Assembly (NCBI GenBank): GCA_943356415.1
Contig: CALREW010000002.1
Coordinates: 6,639-70,638 of the forward strand
Reading direction: 5' to 3'
Length of the DNA stretch: 64,000 bases
Source: Candidatus Nomurabacteria bacterium
Lineage (GTDB): Bacteria; Patescibacteriota; Minisyncoccia; Phycocordibacterales; SBAW01
Shown: positions 1-8,888 of the stretch, piece after piece
How positions within the stretch are numbered: the stretch's first letter is position 1
How the letters are laid out: each line of letters begins with the position of its first letter
The notes under the pieces: generated by a model
The model's input: only the letters and a program-made list of their open reading frames with translations
Database searches by the model: none
What the model was told of the DNA's origin: nothing
Program-made: the position numbers and the translations under genes

Positions 1-1286
1 ACGATGGCGATGTTCTGACGAAGACTATCTTGCGTTACTGAAGCGATATTTTGCCCATCAATGGAAATGGCCCCACCAGTCAAATCGTAGTGGCGCAGCA
101 ATAATTTAACCAGCGTAGATTTCCCTGCACCACTTTTCCCTACCAATCCAATCTTTTCACCCCCCTTAATAACAAAAGATAGGTTAGACATCACCGCCTC
201 ACCTTCATGATAGGAGAAGAGGATATTTTCAAACGAAACTTCTCCGTCTGAAACACGTAGCTCGTTCGCACTATCAGCGTCCGGTATCTCGTGCACGGTA
301 AGGATATCTTCGAGACCTTCTTCTATCTCACCCCACGTTTCGCTCAGATTGGATATCTGCTGTCCGAGGTTAAAGAGTCTCTCTCCCATACTCGTTGCGA
401 GGGCGAGCACCAAAATGATATCGCCCGCCGTCGCAAGCCCGTGTTCACCAAGAGACAGGACGATGAGAAGCATCGTTCCCGTTGCAGCAATTTGGAGCGT
501 GCCGTTACTGAGTGTTATACGCTGTTCAAATAAACGATTGCGAAGTCCCGCAAGTCTACGAGCGAGGATAAGGTCTTGCAGTTGGGTCATCTCAAAGAGA
601 CTGCGCGCGTACTCACGTACCGCACGCACATTGGTCACAATATCGACCGTCACGCCGCGTAGTTTCGTCTCTGCCGCCTGCGCTGCACGTGAGAGAGCGG
701 GACGCTGCCTAGCAAAGTAAGCATTGATAGGCACCGCGACGGCAATCCATACGACAAACACCCATCCGATATACGCGCTTGAATAAAAGGCGATGCCAAG
801 CGACACGATAGTCTGCACAAAAAACGGCAGGTAGTTATGTACCGTCCAATCTGAAAGATGGCGCGCGCCGTCACCTGCATTTCCGATTTTGCTCGAGACA
901 CTTCCTGCAAACCGATTTTCAAAATAGTCCTGGCTGTGTTTGAGCAGATAGTTTGTCAAAACATAGCGAGCGGTTGAGCGTACACCAAGACCGAGATGAG
1001 CAGATGCATATACAACTGCTCGCCACAGCAAAATGCGTGCGGCTACCGTGGCAAGGTACACGAACACCCAAAAGCGGATATCACCATATGAACCTCCTTT
1101 TTCAAGCGCAACAATCGCGTTAACAGTGTGCTTGTAGATGAGTGGCCCAACCGCTTCAACAATCGACGCAACCACTGCCCCGACAATGCTGGCAAACACA
1201 AGTGGAAGGTACGGGCGCACCGTCAGCAACAAGAAACGCAATGGCCGGGTGTCCGGCGCTATATCTTCGACCCAAGGAGTGCGCAT
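1..1286 (-). CDS. ABC transporter permease/ATP-binding protein (type I exporter, MsbA-like); C-terminus runs off the window start
   Basis: Minus-strand frame is open from the window edge to an ATG at about 1284-1286. Translation gives a 6-TM exporter domain (MRTPWVEDIAPDTRPLRFLLLTVRPYLPLVFASIV...) followed by a Walker A motif GLVGKSGAGKSTLVKLL near coordinates 60-130. It is absent from the ORF track because it is truncated by the window edge. Confidence 0.8.
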   Translation of the reverse strand, partial: MRTPWVEDIAPDTRPLRFLLLTVRPYLPLVFASIVGAVVASIVEAVGPLIYKHTVNAIVALEKGGSYGDIRFWVFVYLATVAARILLWRAVVYASAHLGLGVRSTARYVLTNYLLKHSQDYFENRFAGSVSSKIGNAGDGARHLSDWTVHNYLPFFVQTIVSLGIAFYSSAYIGWVFVVWIAVAVPINAYFARQRPALSRAAQAAETKLRGVTVDIVTNVRAVREYARSLFEMTQLQDLILARRLAGLRNRLFEQRITLSNGTLQIAATGTMLLIVLSLGEHGLATAGDIILVLALATSMGERLFNLGQQISNLSETWGEIEEGLEDILTVHEIPDADSANELRVSDGEVSFENILFSYHEGEAVMSNLSFVIKGGEKIGLVGKSGAGKSTLVKLLLRHYDLTGGAISIDGQNIASVTQDSLRQNIAI

Positions 1287-1352
1287 AAGGGTCTTATTCT
1301 ACAAGGGAAAGCTGCCTGGCTCAATGCGCAGTGCTGGGGTATAACAACGCGT

Positions 1353-2498
1353 ATGCGCATCTTAGCCATCGAAACTTCCTGCGATGAGACCGCAGTGGCA
1401 ATACTCGAAGGTTCGGGGACATTTCCGAACCTTTCTTTCCATATTCTCGGCAACGCCCTACTCTCTCAAGCACAAAAGCATGCCGAATTTGGTGGCGTCT
1501 TCCCAAACCTCGCAAAGCGCGAGCATGCCGCCACCATTGTTCCCCTTATAGAAGATGCATTGAAACAAGCCGGGCTTCTATCGGAAGAAAATCATCCTGT
1601 TGCGCTACCTGAAGGTCTTTTCGCACACGAACCTGGCCTTACCGAGCAGATGACTGCTTTCCTTTCGCGTACGGCCATACCAGAAATTGATGCAGTTGCC
1701 GTAACTGCGGGCCCGGGTCTTGAGCCAGCACTCTGGGTCGGCATCAATGCTGCAAAAGCGCTAGGTGTCGCCTGGAATCTTCCCGTCCTCCCCCAGAACC
1801 ACATGGAGGGGCATTTTCTCTCTGCGCTCATCCAGAACGACAAAATTGAGAATATTGAGTTACCGGTGCTCGGGCTGCTCATTTCAGGTGGCCATACCGA
1901 ATTCGTTGCAATGAAAGAGTGGCTCTCGTACCAGACAATCGGTGAGACGGTGGACGATGCGGTAGGCGAAGCATTCGACAAGACGGCACGTTTGCTTGGA
2001 CTGCCTTATCCAGGCGGTCCGCAGATATCAAAACTTGCAGAAGCTGCGCGTGCGGAGAACCTGCAGTCACCATTCTCTCTTCCACGCCCAATGCAAAAAA
2101 GTGGTGATCTTAGATTTTCATTCTCAGGATTAAAAACAGCGGTCCTCTATACCGTACAGAAAATAGAAACCTTGACCGATGAACTTAAAAAACTACTCGC
2201 ACTCGAATTTGAAAATGCAGTAGGTGATGTATTGCGCGATAAAACGCGCAAAGCGCTTGAAGACACTGGCGCGCGTGCATTCCTTATCGGCGGCGGCGTT
2301 GCAGCAAACACCCATATCCGCAGAATACTTACTGAACTTATACAAACCGAATTCCCAGATACAAAACTGTATATGCCTCATCCTAAAGATACCGGTGATA
2401 ACGCCGTTATGATCGCGCAAGCCGCTCTTGTGTCGCTCATGTCAGGCCAACAGCCCAAAGGCGGTGATATTCGCGCAAACGGCAATCTCGGCTTCTAA
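1353..2498 (+). CDS. tsaD: tRNA N6-adenosine threonylcarbamoyltransferase TsaD (Kae1/YgjD family)
   Basis: MRILAIETSCDETAVAIL N-terminus, HMEGHFLSA and LISGGHTE motifs. The tracked ORF start at 1128 (GTG) is an upstream extension; the ATG at 1353 is the likely true start, 66 nt from the divergent ABC gene. Confidence 0.9.
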   Translation: MRILAIETSCDETAVAILEGSGTFPNLSFHILGNALLSQAQKHAEFGGVFPNLAKREHAATIVPLIEDALKQAGLLSEENHPVALPEGLFAHEPGLTEQMTAFLSRTAIPEIDAVAVTAGPGLEPALWVGINAAKALGVAWNLPVLPQNHMEGHFLSALIQNDKIENIELPVLGLLISGGHTEFVAMKEWLSYQTIGETVDDAVGEAFDKTARLLGLPYPGGPQISKLAEAARAENLQSPFSLPRPMQKSGDLRFSFSGLKTAVLYTVQKIETLTDELKKLLALEFENAVGDVLRDKTRKALEDTGARAFLIGGGVAANTHIRRILTELIQTEFPDTKLYMPHPKDTGDNAVMIAQAALVSLMSGQQPKGGDIRANGNLGF

Positions 2499-2527
2499 AA
2501 CAAGGGTTTTTTGATAGGATTCAGCGT

Positions 2528-4654
2528 ATGCACGAGAAGTTTCTCAAACCCTACGACGCCAAAGCCACCGAAGAGGCGACTTATAAACGCTGGGAAGAAA
2601 GTGGCTTCTTTAACCCTGACAACCTACCCCCCATCGACACCGCTCAGGGTAAGGCAGAGCGTAGCGAACCATTCACGATCATCATGCCGCCGCCGAACGC
2701 CAACGGTTCGCTTCATGCGGGCCACGCCGTATTTGTGGCTATAGAAGACCTTATGATTCGCTATCAGCGCATGCGAGGCAAAAAGGCGCTGTGGCTTCCC
2801 GGCGCCGACCACGCGGGTTTTGAAACCCAAGTCGTCTATGAAAAAAAGCTTGAGAAGGAAGGTCGCACTCGCATGGGCATGGACCCAGATGCGTTGCGCC
2901 AGGAAATCATGGACTTCACTCTTACTAATAAATCTTTTATGGAGGGGCAGCTCCGCCAGTTAGGTGCTTCTTGCGATTGGAGCCGAGAACGTTTTACGCT
3001 GGATCCGGAAATTATTGAGACCGTGTATGGAACCTTTAAGAAGCTTCACGAAGATGGGCTCGTCTATCGTGGCGCGCGTTCAATAAATTGGTGCACCAAA
3101 CACCAGACCTCACTTTCTGAACTTGAGACGGAAAGCGAGGAACGCATCGATCCTCTCTATTACATGAAATACGGGCCGTTTATCCTTGCAACCGTGCGTC
3201 CTGAAACAAAATTTGGTGACACCGCCGTTGCGGTAAACCCGAACGATCCCCGATACCAAGAATGGATAGGGAAAGAAATTGAATTCGAAGGTCTTATCGG
3301 CACTGTGAAGTTGAAAGTTATCGCTGATGAATATGTCGACCCGGCGTTTGGCACGGGCGTTGTGAAAATAACCCCAGCACACGATCCAAACGACTTTGAG
3401 ATGGCAAAGCGCCATAACCTTGAAATCGTAGAAGTAATCGATCGCTACGGTAAGCTCAACGAGAAATGCGGCAAGTACGCTGGTATGAAAGTTGAAGAGG
3501 CTCGCAAAGCAGTCGCTGCAGACCTTTTAGAGCGCGGCCTTATCGATCACGTCGACGAGGAATACAAACACGCCGTAAAAAAGTGCTACAAGTGCGAGCG
3601 TGTGCTTGAGCCGCGTGTATTGCCACAATGGTTTGTAAAAATGGCACCACTTGCCGCTCCAGTCATTGAGGCCATCGAGCGAGATGAAGTTATCTTCTAT
3701 CCCGACCACTACAAAAAGATAATGTTGCACTGGTTGCGTAATATCGAAGACTGGAATGTATCGCGCCAAATAGTCTGGGGTATACCGATTCCTGCTTGGT
3801 ACAAAGACAAGGAAGTTCATATCGGCACTGAAAGCCCGGGAGATGGTTGGATCAAGGAAACCGACACCTTTGATACCTGGTTTTCCTCGGGCCAGTGGCC
3901 CTTTGCTACGCTCGGCTATCCTGACGGCTCTGATTTTAAGCAGTTTTATCCAACACAGGTCATGGAGACCGCCGGTGAGATTATCTTTTTCTGGGTGGCG
4001 CGCATGCTTATGCTCGGAACATATCGGACCGGTCGTCTTCCCTTCTCCACTGTCTATCTACACGGCATTGTGACGGCAAAAGACGGAAAGAAAATGAGTA
4101 AGAGCAAAGGCAACGTGATAAGTCCGCTTGAGCTTTCTGAAAAGTACGGCACTGACGCGCTACGAATGGGGCTCATTATCGGCAACACGCCAGGCACCAC
4201 AACAGCTCTCTACGAGGATAAAATAAAAGCTTACAAACTTTTCTCAAATAAACTCTGGAATATCACGCGTTTCATATTCGAAAATGCGGAAACTGTGGGG
4301 CACACAGAAGATGCGCCCCTTAACGCAGCGGACGCTACGCGGTTGGCAGAATTCAAAGCGCTTGCTGCTGACGTCACAAAAGATATCGATGAATATCGCT
4401 TCTATATGGCTGGGGAAAAACTCTATGGATACCTCTGGCACACCCTTGCTGATGCTATACTCGAAGAAAGTAAGCCCATCCTCAAGGAAGGCAGCGCCGA
4501 AGCAAAAGCTTCACGCCTGACGCTCCTTATGCTCATCCTCAAGGATTCGCTGAAATTGCTGCATCCGTTCATGCCATTCATAACTGAGGAGATATGGACG
4601 CATATCCCTGCACGAAGCAATTTGCTCCTCGTTGAAGCATGGCCGCAGCCGTAA
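2528..4654 (+). CDS. valS: valine--tRNA ligase (short form lacking the C-terminal coiled-coil)
   Basis: HIGH-type motif PPNANGSLHAGHA, KMSKS motif, editing-domain signature TVRPETKFGDTAVAVNP, and an anticodon-binding region. At 708 aa it is shorter than the usual 860-950 aa. Confidence 0.9.
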   Translation: MHEKFLKPYDAKATEEATYKRWEESGFFNPDNLPPIDTAQGKAERSEPFTIIMPPPNANGSLHAGHAVFVAIEDLMIRYQRMRGKKALWLPGADHAGFETQVVYEKKLEKEGRTRMGMDPDALRQEIMDFTLTNKSFMEGQLRQLGASCDWSRERFTLDPEIIETVYGTFKKLHEDGLVYRGARSINWCTKHQTSLSELETESEERIDPLYYMKYGPFILATVRPETKFGDTAVAVNPNDPRYQEWIGKEIEFEGLIGTVKLKVIADEYVDPAFGTGVVKITPAHDPNDFEMAKRHNLEIVEVIDRYGKLNEKCGKYAGMKVEEARKAVAADLLERGLIDHVDEEYKHAVKKCYKCERVLEPRVLPQWFVKMAPLAAPVIEAIERDEVIFYPDHYKKIMLHWLRNIEDWNVSRQIVWGIPIPAWYKDKEVHIGTESPGDGWIKETDTFDTWFSSGQWPFATLGYPDGSDFKQFYPTQVMETAGEIIFFWVARMLMLGTYRTGRLPFSTVYLHGIVTAKDGKKMSKSKGNVISPLELSEKYGTDALRMGLIIGNTPGTTTALYEDKIKAYKLFSNKLWNITRFIFENAETVGHTEDAPLNAADATRLAEFKALAADVTKDIDEYRFYMAGEKLYGYLWHTLADAILEESKPILKEGSAEAKASRLTLLMLILKDSLKLLHPFMPFITEEIWTHIPARSNLLLVEAWPQP

Positions 4655-5357
4655 GGACGCCAATAACGTGACTGACCCTTTAATACTTAGCCTCGCATTT
4701 CTTGGCGGCTTTTTGCCGGCCCTGCTTTGGCTTATCTTCTGGCAGCTAGAAGATCGTTGCGACCCTGAGCCCAAGAAGCTTATCTTTTTTTGCTTTGTGG
4801 GCGGCATGATTGCAGTGCCGCTTGTTTTGCCGCTGCAGTACTGGGCACAGGCTCACTTCTCTGGCACCTTGATGCTCCTTATATGGGCAGCCGGAGAAGA
4901 AATTCTAAAATTTGCAGCCGCTTGGTTTATCGCACTACGAGGCAAAGCGGTCGATGAACCGATAGATGCGATTGTATACATGGTAACCGCTGCGCTCGGG
5001 TTTGCGGCCATTGAAAATACTCTTTTCTTAATAGGTCCGCTAACTGGTGGGGACACGCTTACCAGTCTCATTACTGGCAACGTACGCTTTATTGGTGCAA
5101 CGCTCCTCCACACACTTGCTTCTGCAACGATAGGTGTCGCCATCGCAACAAGCTTCTACAAATCTCCTTTCGTGCGAAGGTGGTATCTCTTAAGCGGAGT
5201 TATCCTCGCCATTTTATTGCATACCGTCTTTAACGTGCTTATACTGCAACAAGGCGGCAGCATGACTTTCCCCGTGTTTCTTCTGGTTTGGATTGGAGTC
5301 ATCGCCGTTCTTCTTTTCTTTGAGCGGCTGAAGCGCCCCTCGCGAGACTACTGTTAA
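4632..5357 (+). CDS. PrsW-family intramembrane protease-like membrane protein
   Basis: Multi-TM protein with EEILKF, FAAIEN and HTVFN motifs (the PrsW E-E-xxx-K / FxxxE / HxxxN pattern). Its first 23 nt overlap the valS 3' end; an in-frame GTG at about 4668 is an alternative start. Confidence 0.6.
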   Translation: MKHGRSRKDANNVTDPLILSLAFLGGFLPALLWLIFWQLEDRCDPEPKKLIFFCFVGGMIAVPLVLPLQYWAQAHFSGTLMLLIWAAGEEILKFAAAWFIALRGKAVDEPIDAIVYMVTAALGFAAIENTLFLIGPLTGGDTLTSLITGNVRFIGATLLHTLASATIGVAIATSFYKSPFVRRWYLLSGVILAILLHTVFNVLILQQGGSMTFPVFLLVWIGVIAVLLFFERLKRPSRDYC

Positions 5358-5376
5358 CGCATTCACCTTACACACC

Positions 5377-5847
5377 ATGGCAAAGAACCGACGTTCATTT
5401 TTCGAAAGACTCACCGGAAGTGTGAGCGTTGACGACGAGTACGGTTTTGACGAACCACAGCACTCTGGAATCTCCTCACAAGGGGCAGTATTGCCTTCAG
5501 TTGAAGAGGAATCTCTTGAGGGTGAGCTAGCCGTTGATGTGTATCAAACCCCTACTCATATCATCATTAAGGCTATGATCGCTGGCGTGCGCCCCGAAGA
5601 CCTTGATGTGGCCATAACCCGCGACATGGTGACCATCAAAGGCAAGCGCGAACGGCACACCGAAGGAGGCGGCAGCGACTACTTTTTCCAAGAACTCTAC
5701 TGGGGCGCATTCGCACGAACCATTGTCTTACCGCAGGAAGTTGAGATAGAAGGGGCAGAAGCTACTGAAAAGCACGGCCTTTTGAACATAAAGCTGCCCA
5801 AAGTAGATAAAGGTAGGCAAACAAAACTAAAAATAAAGTCCTCCTAA
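5377..5847 (+). CDS. Hsp20/alpha-crystallin family small heat-shock protein
   Basis: Alpha-crystallin domain: LAVDVYQT...IIIKAMIAGVRPEDLDVAITRDMVTIKGKRE...GAFARTIVLPQEV...GLLNIKLPK. Confidence 0.85.
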   Translation: MAKNRRSFFERLTGSVSVDDEYGFDEPQHSGISSQGAVLPSVEEESLEGELAVDVYQTPTHIIIKAMIAGVRPEDLDVAITRDMVTIKGKRERHTEGGGSDYFFQELYWGAFARTIVLPQEVEIEGAEATEKHGLLNIKLPKVDKGRQTKLKIKSS

Positions 5848-5880
5848 CAAAAACTGCCCCGAGGGGCAGTTTTTGTTTAA
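5848..5880. terminator. bidirectional rho-independent terminator between convergent genes
   Basis: AAAAACTGCCCCGAGGGGCAGTTTTTG: a perfect hairpin flanked by an A-run and a T-run, between the stop at 5847 (+) and the stop at 5877 (-). Confidence 0.65.
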
Positions 5881-6251
5881 TCCTTAAAATACTGGAACTC
5901 TGATCTCGTATCGATCAGATGATGTGCCTGCTTCATTTGCTCTGGCGTATAGATACGAAGGATGGTGAACTTTCCTGACGTGGCCTTCTTCACATGGTCA
6001 TGCGTTGTTTCAACCATCTGCACCAAACCCCAATACACCCATTTGCCTCCTCTATTTTCGACAAGAAAATTCCGCACTGGGGCAGTTTTATAAATTCTGA
6101 TATCTGACTTATTTTTGAACTCAAAAACTTTCCCCTCAAAATCTTCAGTTCGATAGGGCGTTTTTAAATGACGATCCAAATCCAATTCAGCTGGAAAACC
6201 CTGTTCCTTTGTGAGCTGTAGCGTGTCATTGAGTTCTACAAAAACGCCCAT
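5877..6251 (-). CDS. hypothetical protein
   Basis: 124-aa ORF with normal codon usage and no family recognised. Confidence 0.4.
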   Translation of the reverse strand: MGVFVELNDTLQLTKEQGFPAELDLDRHLKTPYRTEDFEGKVFEFKNKSDIRIYKTAPVRNFLVENRGGKWVYWGLVQMVETTHDHVKKATSGKFTILRIYTPEQMKQAHHLIDTRSEFQYFKD

Positions 6252-6296
6252 GATTTAGTGATGTTTACCTTGAGCGAACGCACGTGAGTCGAAGTG

Positions 6297-6369
6297 TGCT
6301 TGGGGCCAGGATCGAACTGGCGACCCTTCCCTCTTCAGGGGAATGCTCTACCAACTGAGCTACCCAAGC
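6297..6369 (-). tRNA. tRNA-Phe (anticodon GAA), CCA not encoded
   Basis: Cloverleaf by eye on the minus strand: acceptor GCTTGGG/CCCAAGC, D-arm GCTCAGTTGGTAGAGC, anticodon loop CTGAAGA, T-arm GCCAGTTCGATCCTGGC. Confidence 0.85.
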
Positions 6370-6456
6370 GTGTTGGCATTGAACTTCGGACTTAAACTAC
6401 CCCTACCAATCTGAGCCCTGCCTGCGCAGGCCGATACTCAAACGTGTTGGTATTTT

Positions 6457-6771
6457 CTACTTGGCCTTCATGGAGGCCTGGTATTGCTCAAACATTTTCT
6501 TCAAGTCTGCAAGTGGATTATTCGACTGAATATCAGCACGAATGCCCTGCACTTCCTTAACCCCACTCATAAACTGCTCCACATAAGGAGCCAGGTAAAA
6601 GTAGTACGCGGCAAACGGCAAGATAACCAAGATAAGTAACCACCACACCACCTTCAATACGCCGCCCCAAAAGGACATGCGGCGCATAGAGCGGATGAGG
6701 CGGTTGTTTTCCTCGGTCAGTTCGAGGTTCCGCTTAAGAAGGGACTGAAGCTCCGGTTCGAGCATGGCCAT
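6457..6771 (-). CDS. hypothetical small membrane protein (N-terminal coiled-coil plus one TM helix)
   Basis: 104-aa ORF with a hydrophobic stretch VVWWLLILVILPFAAYYFY. Confidence 0.4.
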   Translation of the reverse strand: MAMLEPELQSLLKRNLELTEENNRLIRSMRRMSFWGGVLKVVWWLLILVILPFAAYYFYLAPYVEQFMSGVKEVQGIRADIQSNNPLADLKKMFEQYQASMKAK

Positions 6772-6805
6772 ACTATACCAAACGTATTGGGTTTAAAAAG
6801 GCTCT

Positions 6806-7207
6806 CTAGATCCCTGCAAGGCCTACAATTTTGCCCATAGTCTCACGAACAACCCGCGCATGAGCGGCGTGAGCGGTATCGCACTTCTGGTAGTAATTAT
6901 CCCAGGCGGCATCACGCTCCCTTGAGTGCCCCTGGGGGAGGTCTGCGAGCTCTGCAATGAGTTCCTTTTCAAGCGCGTCTTGAATCCCCTGCTGCCGCTC
7001 TGCAAGTTCCGCAACCGCTTGGTCGACGGCATCCATCTTCTTTTTACATTGACTGACACGGCTCGCAAGCTCCGCCGCCGCCGCCTCATCAAACGCGCGC
7101 ATGGCTTCCTTCTCACCTTTCTTCTGGTACAGCGCCAAAATGCGTCCCTTGTCTTCTTCAGGAATAAACGAAACTTCCACCAAAGCATGCATCTCTTTTT
7201 CTTCCAT
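6806..7207 (-). CDS. hypothetical coiled-coil protein
   Basis: 133-aa ORF rich in Ala, Glu, Lys and Gln heptads. Confidence 0.4.
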   Translation of the reverse strand: MEEKEMHALVEVSFIPEEDKGRILALYQKKGEKEAMRAFDEAAAAELASRVSQCKKKMDAVDQAVAELAERQQGIQDALEKELIAELADLPQGHSRERDAAWDNYYQKCDTAHAAHARVVRETMGKIVGLAGI

Positions 7208-7212
7208 ATGAG

Positions 7213-8088
7213 TTATGGGCGCGCGCGACGATGCGCCGCATAGGCTCCAGCGCCGCGCGCAAAGAGCTTCGCAGTTGCAGTTGTTGTTTTGACTGCAAGC
7301 GGCACAAGATCAAAAACAATACCCATCATTGCAGGCGTACCGCTTATCAAAAAGGTCATAAGACTCTTTCCTTCACTGATTGAATCCAGTCTCTTTTTTG
7401 CAGAACTAAAAAACTGAAGGAGCGGATTAAGGAGCCCATCTACCGGGTAGCTCTTTGCCGCTTCGATGAGGCGTTTATTTGCCTCTGCAACAGCGACTTG
7501 CTTCTCAAGGTTACTTTCGTGCCTCTTGAGTTCTTGTTGTATTTCAAGGACACGTCCAACATCAGCGACCAAGCGCGGGTGATTCGCGTATATTTCTGCC
7601 ATTGAACCGGCGCTTCGAAAATCAATGTCGCCATACAGGCGATTCGTTACGGCAATCAATTCGTTATTAAGTTCGGCATAATCAGCGATGACTGAATATC
7701 GTATGTCCGCCCCTTCATGTAGCGATTCCAAATGATCCTGCGTCTTTGCTAATTCTTGAGGTGTTGCAGGTAAGAGAGAGAACGGACGAAAATGTGGATC
7801 GTGTTTGCCATGTTTCTTCAATGCAGCAAGTTCCTTTGCGTCAAACTGCTCGGACAGAGCAGCATTGAACATTTTAAATATGTCGTCAGACGAGCCAAGG
7901 GCACCCTCTTTTTTGTACGACTGTTCAAACTGCGCGAACGTGCCCTGCGTCACTTCCTTTTGAGCTTGCTCTTTAGGTACGCCGCGTCGGTTTACTTCAC
8001 GTTCAATAAAATCATTAAAATCCCTCCGTATCTGGCGCTCTTTAGTACGCTCTTCCGATCTTCCAGGTGGGCGTGGGCCTCTTCTCAT
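7213..8088 (-). CDS. hypothetical protein (basic N-terminus, coiled-coil, C-terminal TM helix)
   Basis: 291-aa ORF with a C-terminal hydrophobic segment LMTFLISGTPAMMGIVFDLVPLAV. Confidence 0.45.
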   Translation of the reverse strand: MRRGPRPPGRSEERTKERQIRRDFNDFIEREVNRRGVPKEQAQKEVTQGTFAQFEQSYKKEGALGSSDDIFKMFNAALSEQFDAKELAALKKHGKHDPHFRPFSLLPATPQELAKTQDHLESLHEGADIRYSVIADYAELNNELIAVTNRLYGDIDFRSAGSMAEIYANHPRLVADVGRVLEIQQELKRHESNLEKQVAVAEANKRLIEAAKSYPVDGLLNPLLQFFSSAKKRLDSISEGKSLMTFLISGTPAMMGIVFDLVPLAVKTTTATAKLFARGAGAYAAHRRARP

Positions 8089-8116
8089 ACCTCTAGTATA
8101 AACTAACTTTCTCTAC

Positions 8117-8191
8117 TGGTGCCGCTGGCAGGAATCGAACCTGCATCTAGGGCTTAGGAGTCCCTTGTTCTATCCATTGAACTACAGCAGC
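8117..8191 (-). tRNA. tRNA-Arg (anticodon CCT), CCA encoded
   Basis: Minus-strand cloverleaf: acceptor GCTGCTG/CAGCGGC, D-arm GTTCAATGGATAGAAC, anticodon loop CTCCTAA, T-arm GCAGGTTCGATTCCTGC, 3' ACCA. Confidence 0.85.
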
Positions 8192-8355
8192 AGTACAGGA
8201 AACCCTTAGAAAATACACTACTTATCCGTCTCAGGTAAGCGTTCTGAGATATTCGAATGCAAGGCGCGGGGCGAGGATCCCGTGAGGCGTATCTAGCATA
8301 CGACGAACGGGGCCGAGGGGCCCCGTAACGCTGCAGTCGGATATATCCAGGACGT

Positions 8356-8595
8356 TTACGCTTCGATGCCTAGCTTGGCAGCTAACTTAGCCTTATCAAA
8401 CCCAACCATAATGTCTTCCCCAATGACAATAACTGGCACTCCCATTTGACCAGTCATCTCAATCATTTCATTTTTCTTTGCTTCGTCAGTCGAAACGTCG
8501 TAATCGGTATATGCGATACCCTTTGCAGTGAGAAACTCCTTCGCTCCCTTGCAAAAGTGACACCACGGCGTGCTGTAAATGTGTATTTCCTTCAT
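8356..8595 (-). CDS. glutaredoxin-like protein (NrdH/Grx family)
   Basis: 79 aa with a CxxC active site (YSTPWCHFC) and a thioredoxin-fold pattern GVPVIVIGEDIMVGFD. Confidence 0.8.
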   Translation of the reverse strand: MKEIHIYSTPWCHFCKGAKEFLTAKGIAYTDYDVSTDEAKKNEMIEMTGQMGVPVIVIGEDIMVGFDKAKLAAKLGIEA

Positions 8596-8705
8596 ATTTT
8601 CAGATTATAACAATTTAGAAGACGCTGAACCAGCCCTTCGACAAGCTCAGGGCACTTCGCCTCGCAGCTCATGTTTACACTGAGCGAGCGAAGCGAGTCG
8701 AAGTG

Positions 8706-8776
8706 TGCGGGATACCGGAATCGGACCGGTGCCTAATGCTTGGGAAGCACTCGTTCTGCCACTGAACTAATCCCGC
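8706..8776 (-). tRNA. tRNA-Gly (anticodon CCC), CCA not encoded
   Basis: Minus-strand cloverleaf: acceptor GCGGGAT/ATCCCGC, D-arm GTTCAGTGGCAGAAC, anticodon loop TTCCCAA, T-arm ACCGGTCCGATTCCGGT. The tracked ORF 8675..8884 overlapping it is spurious. Confidence 0.8.
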
Positions 8777-8888
8777 GAGACCTGAATCCCGACGCTTCGG
8801 TCGGGACCCCGACTGCTCTCGCACGTCGGGGCTAATCCCGCTCTTAGACGCTGCAGAGCGCTTGGATTCTAGCATAGCCCCCAAGGGC

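Noticed and set aside
1128-1352. Upstream 75-codon extension of tsaD starting at a GTG
   Set aside because: It overlaps the divergent ABC transporter gene. The conserved TsaD N-terminus begins at the ATG at 1353.
8675-8884. 69-aa ORF
   Set aside because: It overlaps tRNA-Gly and its structured leader.
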